Part shown: piece by piece, positions 1 to 9,620 of the stretch
Layout: each line of letters opens with the position of its first letter
How positions within the stretch are numbered: position 1 is the first letter of the stretch
Origin: a virus
Direction: 5' to 3' (one strand)
IMG/VR virus record: IMGVR_UViG_3300017963_000264
Coordinates: 6,184 to 70,183 of that record
DNA: 64,000 nt
Position numbers and translations under genes: made by a program
Notes under the pieces: model-generated
Told to the model about the DNA's origin: nothing
Seen by the model: only the letters and a program-made list of their open reading frames with translations
Databases searched by the model: none

Positions 1-133
1 GGAGAAACAGGTCAAAAAATACGCGAAAAAATTGTTTTAAATCAAACTAAAAATAGATTGCTTAGTTATTTTTATATTATACAAAATAAAAAGCCTTATA
101 TGTCTTTTGAAATGATAAAGGAAATTAATAAAA

Positions 134-799
134 ATGCCAATAAGCATAAATGAAATATTTGTAGGTATTGACGGGGAAGTGAATAGATTTGGGCAAGGAG
201 GATTAACAACATTTATTCGCTTTAATGGTTGTAATTTAAGATGCAGTTATTGCGATACCACAAGAGCCCAAAAAATATCTGACGACACAATAACTATCGA
301 AGACATTTTAAAACAAATAAAAACTCAGAAAGTCACAATTACAGGTGGCGAACCACTTTGTCAGATGTATGAATTTAAAGAATTACTAAGACGACTGTTA
401 AATCCATTTGGTAATTGTTATAAAGAATTTGGTGATTGTTATAAAGTAAGTATTGAAACAAACGGGTCTATCGAAATACCATTTGATGAGTTTGCTTATG
501 CTGGACCAAATATTGGCTGGGTAATTGATTATAAATTTGAATATGCAAAAGATATGATTTTTAGTAATTTTTATGATGCAGGGCATAATGATTGGATTAA
601 ATTTGTTATTAACAGCAAAAAGGATTATGCAAGAGCGGTACGTGGCGCAGATCAATTTCATTTAAATTCTGCTGCAAATATAGCATTTGGGTTTACAAAT
701 AGAATTAACCCGCAATGGTTGGTTGATCGTATGGTTGAAGATAATTTATATTTTGTCACATTAAATTGTCAGATACATAAATACTTGAAATTAAAATAA
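134..799 (+). CDS. queE: 7-carboxy-7-deazaguanine synthase (radical SAM, QueE)
   Basis: N-terminal EIFVGIDGE, FIRFNGCNLRCSYCDT (CxxxCxxC), ITGGEP, IETNG, C-terminal QIHKYL; folE and queD-like genes nearby. Confidence 0.9.
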   Translation: MPISINEIFVGIDGEVNRFGQGGLTTFIRFNGCNLRCSYCDTTRAQKISDDTITIEDILKQIKTQKVTITGGEPLCQMYEFKELLRRLLNPFGNCYKEFGDCYKVSIETNGSIEIPFDEFAYAGPNIGWVIDYKFEYAKDMIFSNFYDAGHNDWIKFVINSKKDYARAVRGADQFHLNSAANIAFGFTNRINPQWLVDRMVEDNLYFVTLNCQIHKYLKLK

Positions 800-837
800 A
801 TAAAAAAAAATTCAAAAAAAGGTATAAAAAACGGCGT

Positions 838-858
838 TTAGGCTTATAATATAATAAA
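838..858 (+). promoter_or_regulatory. Conserved promoter-like motif GGCTTATAATATAATAAA (copy 1)
   Basis: TATAAT -10 box in a context repeated at 10584(+), about 24386(-) and about 63407(-); about 40 nt upstream of ORF 898. Confidence 0.6.
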
Positions 859-897
859 ACAAGGCAACAAAAACAAAAAAAACAAAGGAGAAAAATT

Positions 898-1515
898 ATG
901 TCAACAAAACCTACCAAAAAAGATTTTTTAAAAGAACTATCCGACTTAATCATGATCGCTGATGAAATGACAAAAGTTATGGAATTGGTTCCGGCAATTG
1001 AAACTGATTACAATCTTGACGTAAAAAGCAAAAGTTGTACTAATGTTTATTTGCAAAAATGCATTTCGGAATTGCAGGCGGAAATTAAAGATGTTGCCGA
1101 AGAAATTGATTGGGACAAAGATCGATTTTCTGATGTTGTTTTGGAACGGCTGAAAATGGTAAAGGTAAAGGTGCCCGATTTGTCAGATACAAGCGATACC
1201 AAAAATGAAACCGACGAACAAGGCAAACAAGAAGAAAAAGAAGCGCCTCCTGTTGATAAGCCGATTGAAAAAACTGAATCAAAAAAGAAAAAAGCATCAT
1301 CTTCAAATCAGCCAAAATCTCAGCATGGTTATCGACTCAATACACAAGCAGGACGTATTGACGAAGCGATTGACGGTAAGACTACAATTGAAGAACTTGC
1401 TACAATCGCCGGTGTAACCAAATCAAGAGTAAACAGTCATCTTGGCGGCCTACGGACTGTGAAAAAATTAACAGTAACAATTGATAAAGAAACGAAGGCT
1501 GTTATAGTTGAATAG
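898..1515 (+). CDS. Hypothetical protein with C-terminal winged-HTH-like domain
   Basis: GGAG RBS; charged linker, then TTIEELATIAGVTKSRVNSHL HTH-like pattern. Confidence 0.55.
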   Translation: MSTKPTKKDFLKELSDLIMIADEMTKVMELVPAIETDYNLDVKSKSCTNVYLQKCISELQAEIKDVAEEIDWDKDRFSDVVLERLKMVKVKVPDLSDTSDTKNETDEQGKQEEKEAPPVDKPIEKTESKKKKASSSNQPKSQHGYRLNTQAGRIDEAIDGKTTIEELATIAGVTKSRVNSHLGGLRTVKKLTVTIDKETKAVIVE

Positions 1516-1534
1516 CACTTTTATTTTTACAATT

Positions 1535-1582
1535 AATACGCCTTATTTAAAAAATAAAAGTACTTCTTAAATAAGGCGTATT
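1535..1582 (+). terminator. Inverted repeat, probable intrinsic terminator
   Basis: AATACGCCTTATTTAA / TTAAATAAGGCGTATT perfect 16-bp stem, followed by T-rich tract. Confidence 0.6.
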
Positions 1583-1620
1583 TTACTATTCTTTTTGAAT
1601 AAAAGAAGGATATTTTGTAA

Positions 1621-2169
1621 ATGAAGGAATTTGAAGAATTTATAAAAAAGATTATATCTTTATCTGGTGATGATGAAACACGAGAAGGCTTAATCGATAC
1701 ACCAAGTCGTGTAAAAAAAATGTATGAGGAATTTTTTACCTACAAACAACCTTCACCTAAAATAACTTATTTTAATCGCGAAACTCCTCCAAGTCTTATA
1801 ATCGATAAAGGTTATTTTTATTCAATGTGCGAACATCATATTATTCCTTTTTTTGGTGATTATTATTTTGGATATATTCCTAATAAGCGAGAAATAGGAG
1901 CAAGTAAAATTGGCAGAACGGTTGATTATTTTTCAGGACGATTACAAACAGCAGAACGGCTTTCATATCAAATTATAGATCATATTGAACAAGTAATACA
2001 GCCGCGCGGCCTTATACTACTTATGACAGGTAGGCATTTATGCAAAGAAATGCGAGGACTTAAAAAACATAATTCACCATTTGAAGTTATACAAGCAAGA
2101 GGATGTCTAAGAAAAAATCAAGATAATTGCAAAGATGAATTTATAAATAGAATCGGAGCAAAGTTATGA
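1621..2169 (+). CDS. folE: GTP cyclohydrolase I (FolE)
   Basis: REGLIDTPSRV, SMCEHHIIPFFG, GASKIGR, RLQ, HLCKEMRG motifs. Confidence 0.92.
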   Translation: MKEFEEFIKKIISLSGDDETREGLIDTPSRVKKMYEEFFTYKQPSPKITYFNRETPPSLIIDKGYFYSMCEHHIIPFFGDYYFGYIPNKREIGASKIGRTVDYFSGRLQTAERLSYQIIDHIEQVIQPRGLILLMTGRHLCKEMRGLKKHNSPFEVIQARGCLRKNQDNCKDEFINRIGAKL

Positions 2170-3344
2170 AAATTAATTTTAGAAAATTATGGTATCTTCC
2201 TCTTGAGCCAAGGCTTGAGCGTTACAGCTACCAATTATCAAGAGCAAAAGTAGGATGGCTTGAAAGTGCTTGGATTAAAAATAAAATACCTTATGAAAGA
2301 ATAGAAGGTAAAAGTCTTAATAAAAGAATTAAGGCGGGAGCGGTATTAGATGCAACAGGTAGAGGGTATTGGAGTTGTGCGCAAGTTATGAAATTGCTTG
2401 AATTAATAAATAATAACAAGGTTACATCAGAAGATGTTATTTATTTTGATGATTTTTGGCACCCAGGAATTGAGGCTTTTCCGTATGCATTTCATATTTT
2501 AAATATAAAGCCTAAAATGTATACTATAATTTGGGCACAATCAGTAGATAAACACGATTTCACGTATCCAATGAGAAAATGGATGCGACATTATGAAATA
2601 GGTCAAGGAAAAGTTCTTGATGGAATATTTGTTACAAGCGAAGCACTTAGAGATCTATGTCTATATGCAAGAGTCGGTACTTCAGAAACAGTTCACGTTA
2701 CAGGTCATCCTTTTTCAAGTAATGAAATTAAAGCAAGATTACCAAAAAAATATCCTCAAAGAAAAAATCAAGTTATTTTTACAAGTAGGTGGGATGTTGA
2801 AAAGTGCCCATGGCTGTATTTAAAAATAGCAGAGTTAACTATTAATAAAATGCCGAAAGTTCATTTTTTAGTTACAACGTCAACAGAAAAATTAAAAAGC
2901 AATAATCCGTCATTGCTTAAACTACTTAATAATCATATACAGAAATACCCTAGAAATATTATTTTAAAAGAAAATTTAACAAAAAACGAATACTACGGGT
3001 ATTTATTAGAGTCTAAAGTGCAAGTTAATACAGCAGATCAAGATTGGGTAAGCTATACTTTGCTTGAATCGGCAGTTTGTGGATGCCATCCTTTATACCC
3101 TTATTATCTTAGCTTCCCGGAAGTATTTACTCATAAAGATGGTAATGTCGATCATAATTTTATGTATCAAAAAAATGATGCAAAAGATGCGTCAGAAAAA
3201 ATTCTGCAAATTTTACAAATGCCAAAAGAGCAATATGAATCAATACCTATGTTCCGTATATATAAGAAGTTTGATGATTCTTGGAAAAGAATGGTCGATG
3301 TTATGAATGGCAATAAACAATATGAAAAACAACTTGATTGGTAA
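2166..3344 (+). CDS. GT-B fold glycosyltransferase
   Basis: VIFTSRWDVEKCP and TLLESAVCGCHPLYP...SFPEVF resemble the GT4-type C-terminal domain. Confidence 0.7.
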   Translation: MKINFRKLWYLPLEPRLERYSYQLSRAKVGWLESAWIKNKIPYERIEGKSLNKRIKAGAVLDATGRGYWSCAQVMKLLELINNNKVTSEDVIYFDDFWHPGIEAFPYAFHILNIKPKMYTIIWAQSVDKHDFTYPMRKWMRHYEIGQGKVLDGIFVTSEALRDLCLYARVGTSETVHVTGHPFSSNEIKARLPKKYPQRKNQVIFTSRWDVEKCPWLYLKIAELTINKMPKVHFLVTTSTEKLKSNNPSLLKLLNNHIQKYPRNIILKENLTKNEYYGYLLESKVQVNTADQDWVSYTLLESAVCGCHPLYPYYLSFPEVFTHKDGNVDHNFMYQKNDAKDASEKILQILQMPKEQYESIPMFRIYKKFDDSWKRMVDVMNGNKQYEKQLDW

Positions 3345-3675
3345 AATAATGAAAAGAGAAATATTTATAAAAACATCGTTTTCGGCATTACATAATTGGG
3401 ATGAATGTTGTTTTGATGAGGTCGATTATTTAAAAAATTATCATCGTCATACTTTTTATGTGACTGCTTATTGGGCGGTGCACCATAATAATAGAGATTT
3501 AGAATTTATAATGACTAAAAATAAAGTAGATGGGTGGATAAGAGAAAATTGGGAATATAAAAAACTTAAAAATATGTCTTGTGAAATGATGGCAGAAAAA
3601 TTAATTAAGGTATTTGGTTGTACTGCCGTTACGGTCAATGAAGACGGAGAAAACGGAGCCACAATATCATTATGA
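3307..3675 (+). CDS. queD: QueD / 6-pyruvoyl-tetrahydropterin synthase-like T-fold protein (likely start 3349)
   Basis: FSALHNW, HRHTF, SCEMMAE, VNEDGENGA; context with queE and folE. Confidence 0.7.
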   Translation: MAINNMKNNLIGKIMKREIFIKTSFSALHNWDECCFDEVDYLKNYHRHTFYVTAYWAVHHNNRDLEFIMTKNKVDGWIRENWEYKKLKNMSCEMMAEKLIKVFGCTAVTVNEDGENGATISL

Positions 3676-4514
3676 AAAAAATAAGTCTTTTTATCGATTC
3701 CGGAGCTCATACATTGCTTAAACTGCATACCCATAATAAAAAATTAGAAGAGCAGTTTAGGTATTTTGAAACAAAAGAATTTTGGAATTATATTGATGGG
3801 TATGCAGAATGGATTCATAAAAATATGGAATTCATTGATGTATATGCAAGTGTTGATGTTATTTTAAATGCAGAATTAAGTTGGAAGACATACAGATATC
3901 TAAAAGATGTTCACAACCTTGACCCTTTACCTGTTTTTCATTTTGGAGAAAATATAAAGTGGCTTAAAAAGTATATGGATGAGACGGATTATATTGCAAT
4001 TGGCGGAGTAGCATTAGGAGTATCTACAAGAAAATATTGGGTAGATGAAGCAAGTTTTGCAAATAATGTATTTTCTACAATATGTGATTCTTCTGGAATG
4101 CCACAATATAAATTACACGGTTTTGCTGTTACCTCTTTTCCTGTCATGATGTTATATCCTTGGTATAGCGTTGATTCTACAACCTGGGTGCAATATTCAA
4201 GAAATGGCTCTATATGTATACCCCGTTATAAACAAAATAAATATGTTTATAATGAAAGACCTTTTATTGTTGCTGTTTCAAATAAAAGCACAAAGATAAA
4301 AGATGCCGGAAAACATATTTTTACCTTCTCGCCGCAAATGCAAAAAATAATTCATGAATATTGTAAATTAAAAGGATTTACAATAAAAGAACTTGCAGAT
4401 GATTATAAAAAAAGAGATGAATTGAATATTATATATTTTAAAGATTTCGAAGCATCGTTACCAAAATGGCCATGGGCATTTAAAAGACAAAATAAAAAAA
4501 GGATTTTGATATGA
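3672..4514 (+). CDS. TGT-fold / DpdA-like DNA base-exchange enzyme
   Basis: FIDSGA, ASVDVI, PVFH, IAIGGVA, LHGF, PWYSVDSTTW motifs typical of phage TGT-like proteins; within the deazaguanine cluster. Confidence 0.7.
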   Translation: MKKISLFIDSGAHTLLKLHTHNKKLEEQFRYFETKEFWNYIDGYAEWIHKNMEFIDVYASVDVILNAELSWKTYRYLKDVHNLDPLPVFHFGENIKWLKKYMDETDYIAIGGVALGVSTRKYWVDEASFANNVFSTICDSSGMPQYKLHGFAVTSFPVMMLYPWYSVDSTTWVQYSRNGSICIPRYKQNKYVYNERPFIVAVSNKSTKIKDAGKHIFTFSPQMQKIIHEYCKLKGFTIKELADDYKKRDELNIIYFKDFEASLPKWPWAFKRQNKKRILI

Positions 4515-5122
4515 CAAGGCAGGCTGCTTTAATTCCGCCCTCTACAAAAAAACATCCAAATAGTATGGACAGGTCTATGAAAACGGCTGTAAAAATTAGG
4601 GACATTGTCATAGCCGAATATAAAAATAACCTGCCGAATTTTATTCCAAGCTATCTTGCAAGCCTTGAATCTTTAAAAAATGGCAATCTTACAAGGCATA
4701 TTAGTGAGAAGAAAAAATTAAATAAGATACCAAATAGAAGCGGGAATACAAAAGAAAAAGATATGGGTCTTGCATTGCAGCTTGAAAAAACAACTGCAGG
4801 GTTATATATTCATGAAGATAACGACCGTACCAATAGTGCTATCGTAGTCGAAGTTAGAGCAAGTGATACAAAAAACCATCTCAGATCTACATACTTAAAG
4901 TTGCCTGACGAAGGGAAAGAAGTATTTAATGAAAGAATAATAATATGCCAAAACAGCATACGAAAACCAACTACCTTTGTTGTATTCAAATTGTTAAATG
5001 TTCCTTTAAATATGATTAAATTTAGTAAAAAGAGTAAAAACAGAATCGATATAGACACATCGTCGATGAAACGAATAATAGGATGGGATAATCTTAACTC
5101 AGAACTTCTAAAGTATACTTAA
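4511..5122 (+). CDS. Hypothetical basic protein (possibly nuclease-like)
   Basis: 203-aa ORF overlapping the upstream stop; no certain motif. Confidence 0.45.
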   Translation: MTRQAALIPPSTKKHPNSMDRSMKTAVKIRDIVIAEYKNNLPNFIPSYLASLESLKNGNLTRHISEKKKLNKIPNRSGNTKEKDMGLALQLEKTTAGLYIHEDNDRTNSAIVVEVRASDTKNHLRSTYLKLPDEGKEVFNERIIICQNSIRKPTTFVVFKLLNVPLNMIKFSKKSKNRIDIDTSSMKRIIGWDNLNSELLKYT

Positions 5123-5127
5123 AAAAT

Positions 5128-5325
5128 ATGAAAATATATCTCGCAGGCTTCGGGCACCAAATAGAAAAAACTGAATTTGTAAAATGGCTTCGAAAAGATT
5201 GGAATTGTCTTCTCAGTTATTACTACCTTAACAATAAACCACCTTGTAAGATAGATGGTGGCATGAAAAATAGATTTAATTATATATGCAAACAAAAGGA
5301 GAAAGCATTAGATGAAAATAAATAG
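5128..5325 (+). CDS. Small protein resembling the N-terminal segment of TGT/DpdA-like proteins
   Basis: MKIYLAG...CLLSYYY pattern. Confidence 0.5.
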   Translation: MKIYLAGFGHQIEKTEFVKWLRKDWNCLLSYYYLNNKPPCKIDGGMKNRFNYICKQKEKALDENK

Positions 5326-6334
5326 GCAGCAATTTATAGATGCATTATCAAAAGTAAAACCAGGGCTTGCAAATAATGAAATCATTGAGCAGTCAACCCA
5401 CTTTATTTTTGACAAAGACACAATCCGTACCTTCAATGATGAGATTGCCATTACTCATAAATTCAAAACAGCCCTAATAGGAAGTGTGCCAGCAAAAGAA
5501 TTTTATACTTTGTTTACTAAAATTCCTGATGAAGAAATCACAGCAGAATTAAAAGATAGTAAATTCATTTTTAAAGGCAAGGGTAAACGGGTAACATTTA
5601 ACATCGAAGAAGATGTTAGCTTGACAAATATACAGCCTCTTGGCCCACAGTCTAAAAAATGGATTGATCTTCCTGATAACTTTTGTGACTGTGCCCGCTA
5701 TTGTAGCTTTTCAACAAGTAATAATATGACAAGATTAGAGCTAACATGTGTTTCTATTTGCGGTAGCGATATTATGTCTTCTGATGCTGTTAGAGCAACA
5801 CATATGAAAATGGATGGTGATATCAGTAAAGATTTTTTGTTTCCAGGAGCGGCAGCAGAAATAATTCATAATTACAATCCATATAAATTTTATATGGATA
5901 CGAATTGGATTCATTTTATAAATAAAGAAGGCACTACTTTTTCATGCAGGCAAGTAGCAGAAGAATATCCAAATGAAGCAATTCTTAATGTATTTAAATT
6001 TAAAGGTAAAAAAGTATCTTTGCCAGAAGAATTAAGAGAAGTTCTTGAACGATCAAAAGTGTTAGTATCAAGCGAAATGGATTCAAAAGAGGTCGCTATT
6101 ACATTTAAAAATAATAAGCTTATATGTCAAGCTACTGGTACAGTGGGGCAGATAATAGAAGAGGTTGAAACAAAGTATAAAGGCAAAGAGTTAAAAATTA
6201 TAATTCATCCAGAGCTGCTTATGGAGATATTAAAAAGAACTTCAGATGCAATTGTAGGTGATGATAAAATTTTATTTAAAGATAAAGCAGGTTTTGAGCA
6301 TGTGATTATTCTTTATCCGGATGAAAATGAATAA
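5312..6334 (+). CDS. dnaN: DNA polymerase III beta sliding clamp-like
   Basis: 340 aa; MKINRQQFIDALSKV, SSDAVR, EEYP; directly upstream of dnaE. Confidence 0.75.
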   Translation: MKINRQQFIDALSKVKPGLANNEIIEQSTHFIFDKDTIRTFNDEIAITHKFKTALIGSVPAKEFYTLFTKIPDEEITAELKDSKFIFKGKGKRVTFNIEEDVSLTNIQPLGPQSKKWIDLPDNFCDCARYCSFSTSNNMTRLELTCVSICGSDIMSSDAVRATHMKMDGDISKDFLFPGAAAEIIHNYNPYKFYMDTNWIHFINKEGTTFSCRQVAEEYPNEAILNVFKFKGKKVSLPEELREVLERSKVLVSSEMDSKEVAITFKNNKLICQATGTVGQIIEEVETKYKGKELKIIIHPELLMEILKRTSDAIVGDDKILFKDKAGFEHVIILYPDENE

Positions 6335-9014
6335 TAAAGACTTTGCACATCTTCACATCCATAATGAATACAGTATGCTTGATGGCTACGGTACAGCGAA
6401 GCAGTGGGCAAGACGGGCCAAGCAACTGGGTTTCAACGCAATCGGGTTAACAAACCACGGAAATGTTGATGGGTGCCTATCATGGATGCGAGCCTGTGAT
6501 AAGGAAGGCATATCCCCGGTGTGCGGCGCGGAGCTATACGTTACCCCTGATGTGAGCAAGCGCGGTAAACGTATGGCAAAAGGGCACATGACTGTTCTTT
6601 GTAAAAATGGGAGAGGGTGGAGACAGTTATGTGCCCTACTTACAAAAGCAAATCTTGAGGGAAGTTATGGCGGGCGGCCATATGTCGATTATGAAATGAT
6701 TCTTAATTGTGATTTATTTGGCTGGGAGATTATGACTGGCTGTATAGGATCATTTTTAAACTTACCTGGGAGCGATGTATTTTTTAAAGAGTTATTCAAA
6801 CGAAGACCACGAAACATATGGTTTGAAATTATGCCCGCCAACCACTCTAAACAAATTGAATATCATCTAAAATGGGCAGAAAAAGATTTTCTTAACTTAC
6901 CATTAGTTGCTACTGTTGACTGCCATTATTTACTACCAGAACATAATAAAGTTCAAGATGTACTTATAGCAATACAGCGAAATTATAAATGGGATGATCC
7001 TAAACGCTGGTCTCTTGATTTTCGCGATTTATATCTTATGACAGCAGATGAGATATATGATGGCTTTATGAAGCAAAATGTTTTTAATGGTGGTGAAATT
7101 ATAACTGCTATGGAAAACAGCCTTCGTATAGCAGATAGATGTAAAGATTTTAGAATTAAAGAAGTACCTGTAAGTCTACCAAATCCACCTAAAGATTATA
7201 ATTTTGGTAATTTAATTTATAATGGCTTAATAGATTTAAATCTTATTGGCGAAAAAGAATATGAAGAAAGAGTAAATCAAGAATATGAAGTAATACAAAA
7301 AAAAAATTTTCAAGATTATTATTTAATCGTAAAAGATGTTATTGATTTTTGTAAAAAAGAAAATATTAAAGTTGGCCCTGGTAGAGGTAGCGTTGGCGGT
7401 AGTTTAATCGCTTATTTATTAGGTATCACCCAGATAGATCCTATTAAATATGATTTATCTTTTGCTCGTTTTATTAGCGAAGATAGAAACGATTTACCAG
7501 ATATTGATCTTGATTTTGAAATGAATAAAAGGCATTTAGTTTATGAATATTTGGAAAGAACTTATAAAAAGGGCTGCGCTGTCTTATCCACCTATCCGAG
7601 GATTAAAACCAGAGGAGCCATACGAGACATTGGCCGTGTGTTCGAGTTGCCTGAGAGCGACATATCCGCATTTGCAAACTTATTCGACTACAATGATCAT
7701 GATGAAGATAAATTCAAAAAGATTACGGAAACTGAAGTTACGGCGATTGATTTCAAAAAGACATATCCAGAGGCTTTTAACCTGGTGTCAGCCATCATTG
7801 GCCAAATTAGAGCAGTCGGGCAGCATCCGGCAGCCGTCATTTTATCCAATAAAGATTTAACAGATGGTAGTACTTGTGTAATAAAAAAGACAAGCGATAA
7901 AAGGCCCGTTGTTAATTGGGTAATGAATGAAGTAGAACATTTTGGGCTTATTAAATTAGATGTATTGGGACTCAGTACATTATCTGTAATTGATTATGCG
8001 GAGGAATTAATAAATGCACGGGAAAATAATAATAAAAGGAATATTCGCGATAATGGTAATAGTAGGTGCAGTGGCATTTTGGGCTGTATTAATTTTGATG
8101 ATGATAAAGTATTTAACCTCATAAACGAAGGCAAAACTGCTGGTATATTTCAAATAGCCGCTTACTCCACAACTAAATTATGTGTTGAAATGGGTATCGA
8201 TTGTTTTGAAGATTGGATTGCAGCGATTGCCCTTGTCCGCCCTGGTCCTACTGACAGCGGTATGACAAGAGATTATATCGAACGAAAACATGGTAAGCGA
8301 TGGGATAAAACGCATACCATATATGAAAGCATTACAAAAGATACTTATGGCGTAATGGTTTATCAAGAACAAATTATGCAAGCTATCAGTAAATTGGCTG
8401 GTATGAGCGAAAGTCAAGCAGATAACATTCGTAAAATTGTTGGTAAAAAAAGAGATAAAAAAGAATTCGAACCTTATCGTAGAAAATTCTTAGCTGGTTG
8501 CATTGAACAAAAAACAATGTCTTTGGATGAAGCAAAGTATTTTTGGCATGGCCTTATGAAGTGGGCAAATTATGGATTTAATCGCGCTCACAGTGTAGAG
8601 TATGCAATTATCGGTTATTGGACTGCATGGCTAAAAGCATATTATCCGATGGAATTTTATTGTGGAGCCTTAACATATGGAGCAGAAAAGAAGCAACCTC
8701 TTATAGATGAAATAATAGACGCAAATATTAAAATCGTTGCTCCAAAAGTTAAAACCAGTAATGCTTGTAAATGGACTTTTAATGATAACGAATTATATAT
8801 ACCATTTAATGAATTAAAAGGAATTGGAGATACAACGGCTGAAGAATGCTGCCATGTTACTAAAAGAAAAACCCGCAAAGATTTATTTGGTAAAAATATT
8901 AATAATGGCAAAAGCAAAATGGAAGAGTTATTAGATAATATAAAAGCATGTGATGATGATAAATGCGAATATGATATTCTTAACCAATATTTGGATTTTA
9001 ATATAAATGAATAA
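6321..9014 (+). CDS. dnaE: DNA polymerase III alpha subunit (C-family, short C-terminus)
   Basis: PHP motifs HLHIHNEYSMLDG and TNHGN; GPGRGSVGGSL, PDIDLDF, KLDVLGL, YQEQIM, YGFNRAHS. Confidence 0.95.
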   Translation: MKMNNKDFAHLHIHNEYSMLDGYGTAKQWARRAKQLGFNAIGLTNHGNVDGCLSWMRACDKEGISPVCGAELYVTPDVSKRGKRMAKGHMTVLCKNGRGWRQLCALLTKANLEGSYGGRPYVDYEMILNCDLFGWEIMTGCIGSFLNLPGSDVFFKELFKRRPRNIWFEIMPANHSKQIEYHLKWAEKDFLNLPLVATVDCHYLLPEHNKVQDVLIAIQRNYKWDDPKRWSLDFRDLYLMTADEIYDGFMKQNVFNGGEIITAMENSLRIADRCKDFRIKEVPVSLPNPPKDYNFGNLIYNGLIDLNLIGEKEYEERVNQEYEVIQKKNFQDYYLIVKDVIDFCKKENIKVGPGRGSVGGSLIAYLLGITQIDPIKYDLSFARFISEDRNDLPDIDLDFEMNKRHLVYEYLERTYKKGCAVLSTYPRIKTRGAIRDIGRVFELPESDISAFANLFDYNDHDEDKFKKITETEVTAIDFKKTYPEAFNLVSAIIGQIRAVGQHPAAVILSNKDLTDGSTCVIKKTSDKRPVVNWVMNEVEHFGLIKLDVLGLSTLSVIDYAEELINARENNNKRNIRDNGNSRCSGILGCINFDDDKVFNLINEGKTAGIFQIAAYSTTKLCVEMGIDCFEDWIAAIALVRPGPTDSGMTRDYIERKHGKRWDKTHTIYESITKDTYGVMVYQEQIMQAISKLAGMSESQADNIRKIVGKKRDKKEFEPYRRKFLAGCIEQKTMSLDEAKYFWHGLMKWANYGFNRAHSVEYAIIGYWTAWLKAYYPMEFYCGALTYGAEKKQPLIDEIIDANIKIVAPKVKTSNACKWTFNDNELYIPFNELKGIGDTTAEECCHVTKRKTRKDLFGKNINNGKSKMEELLDNIKACDDDKCEYDILNQYLDFNINE

Positions 9015-9159
9015 GGATTATAAAATAACAATGCCGGACGGTAAATATAACATTGTCCCTTGGGAATTAGTGTGGAAATTTATACATAATCAACCGCCTA
9101 AAAAAGGCAAAATAGTAATAGAAATATATGAGGAAAAAAAAGATGATGAAATTATTTAA
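9007..9159 (+). CDS. Small hypothetical protein (50 aa, not in ORF track)
   Basis: Hand-translated MNKDYKITMPDGKYNIVPWELV...KKGKIVIEIYEEKKDDEII*; C-terminus resembles that of ORF 9378-9620. Confidence 0.45.
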   Translation: MNKDYKITMPDGKYNIVPWELVWKFIHNQPPKKGKIVIEIYEEKKDDEII

Positions 9160-9349
9160 ATGCGAAATATCAAGTGGTGGGGCTTCATATGATCATCCTA
9201 CAATATATGTTGTGGCAGAAAGTTATTCTGATGTAGAAATATTATTAATAAGTAAGAATGATAAATATTTCGTTTGGAAACATAGGCAAAAAATTAAATC
9301 AATAGCAGAATTTAGTGACAAAATTATAATTAGCAATAAGGAGAAATAA
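9128..9349 (+). CDS. Small hypothetical protein
   Basis: ORF between repeat copies. Confidence 0.5.
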   Translation: MRKKKMMKLFKCEISSGGASYDHPTIYVVAESYSDVEILLISKNDKYFVWKHRQKIKSIAEFSDKIIISNKEK

Positions 9350-9377
9350 TAATAGAATTATATAAAGAGGAGAAGTA

Positions 9378-9620
9378 ATGAAAAAGAATAATATTAAATT
9401 AAATAATAAATATTTTGTTGGAGTAGATCCAAATGGAAATATAATTGGACCATGTGGGCTTGATAAAGACTATATTAAACAATGTATGGTTGCAGAATTT
9501 TCACGTAAAACTGGCAATATTTATGATAATGAAGATGATTTATGGGATGAATTTGAACATTTAGGTTATTCGGTCAAAAAAGGAAAAATAATAATAGAAT
9601 TATATAAAGAGGAGAAATAA
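9378..9620 (+). CDS. Small hypothetical protein
   Basis: GAGGAG RBS supplied by the repeat. Confidence 0.55.
   Translation: MKKNNIKLNNKYFVGVDPNGNIIGPCGLDKDYIKQCMVAEFSRKTGNIYDNEDDLWDEFEHLGYSVKKGKIIIELYKEEK

Noticed and set aside
6321-9014. Intein in DnaE (Asn-rich insertion near NARENNNKRNIRDNGNSRC)
   Set aside because: Only about 20 aa; no C/S...HN splice motifs
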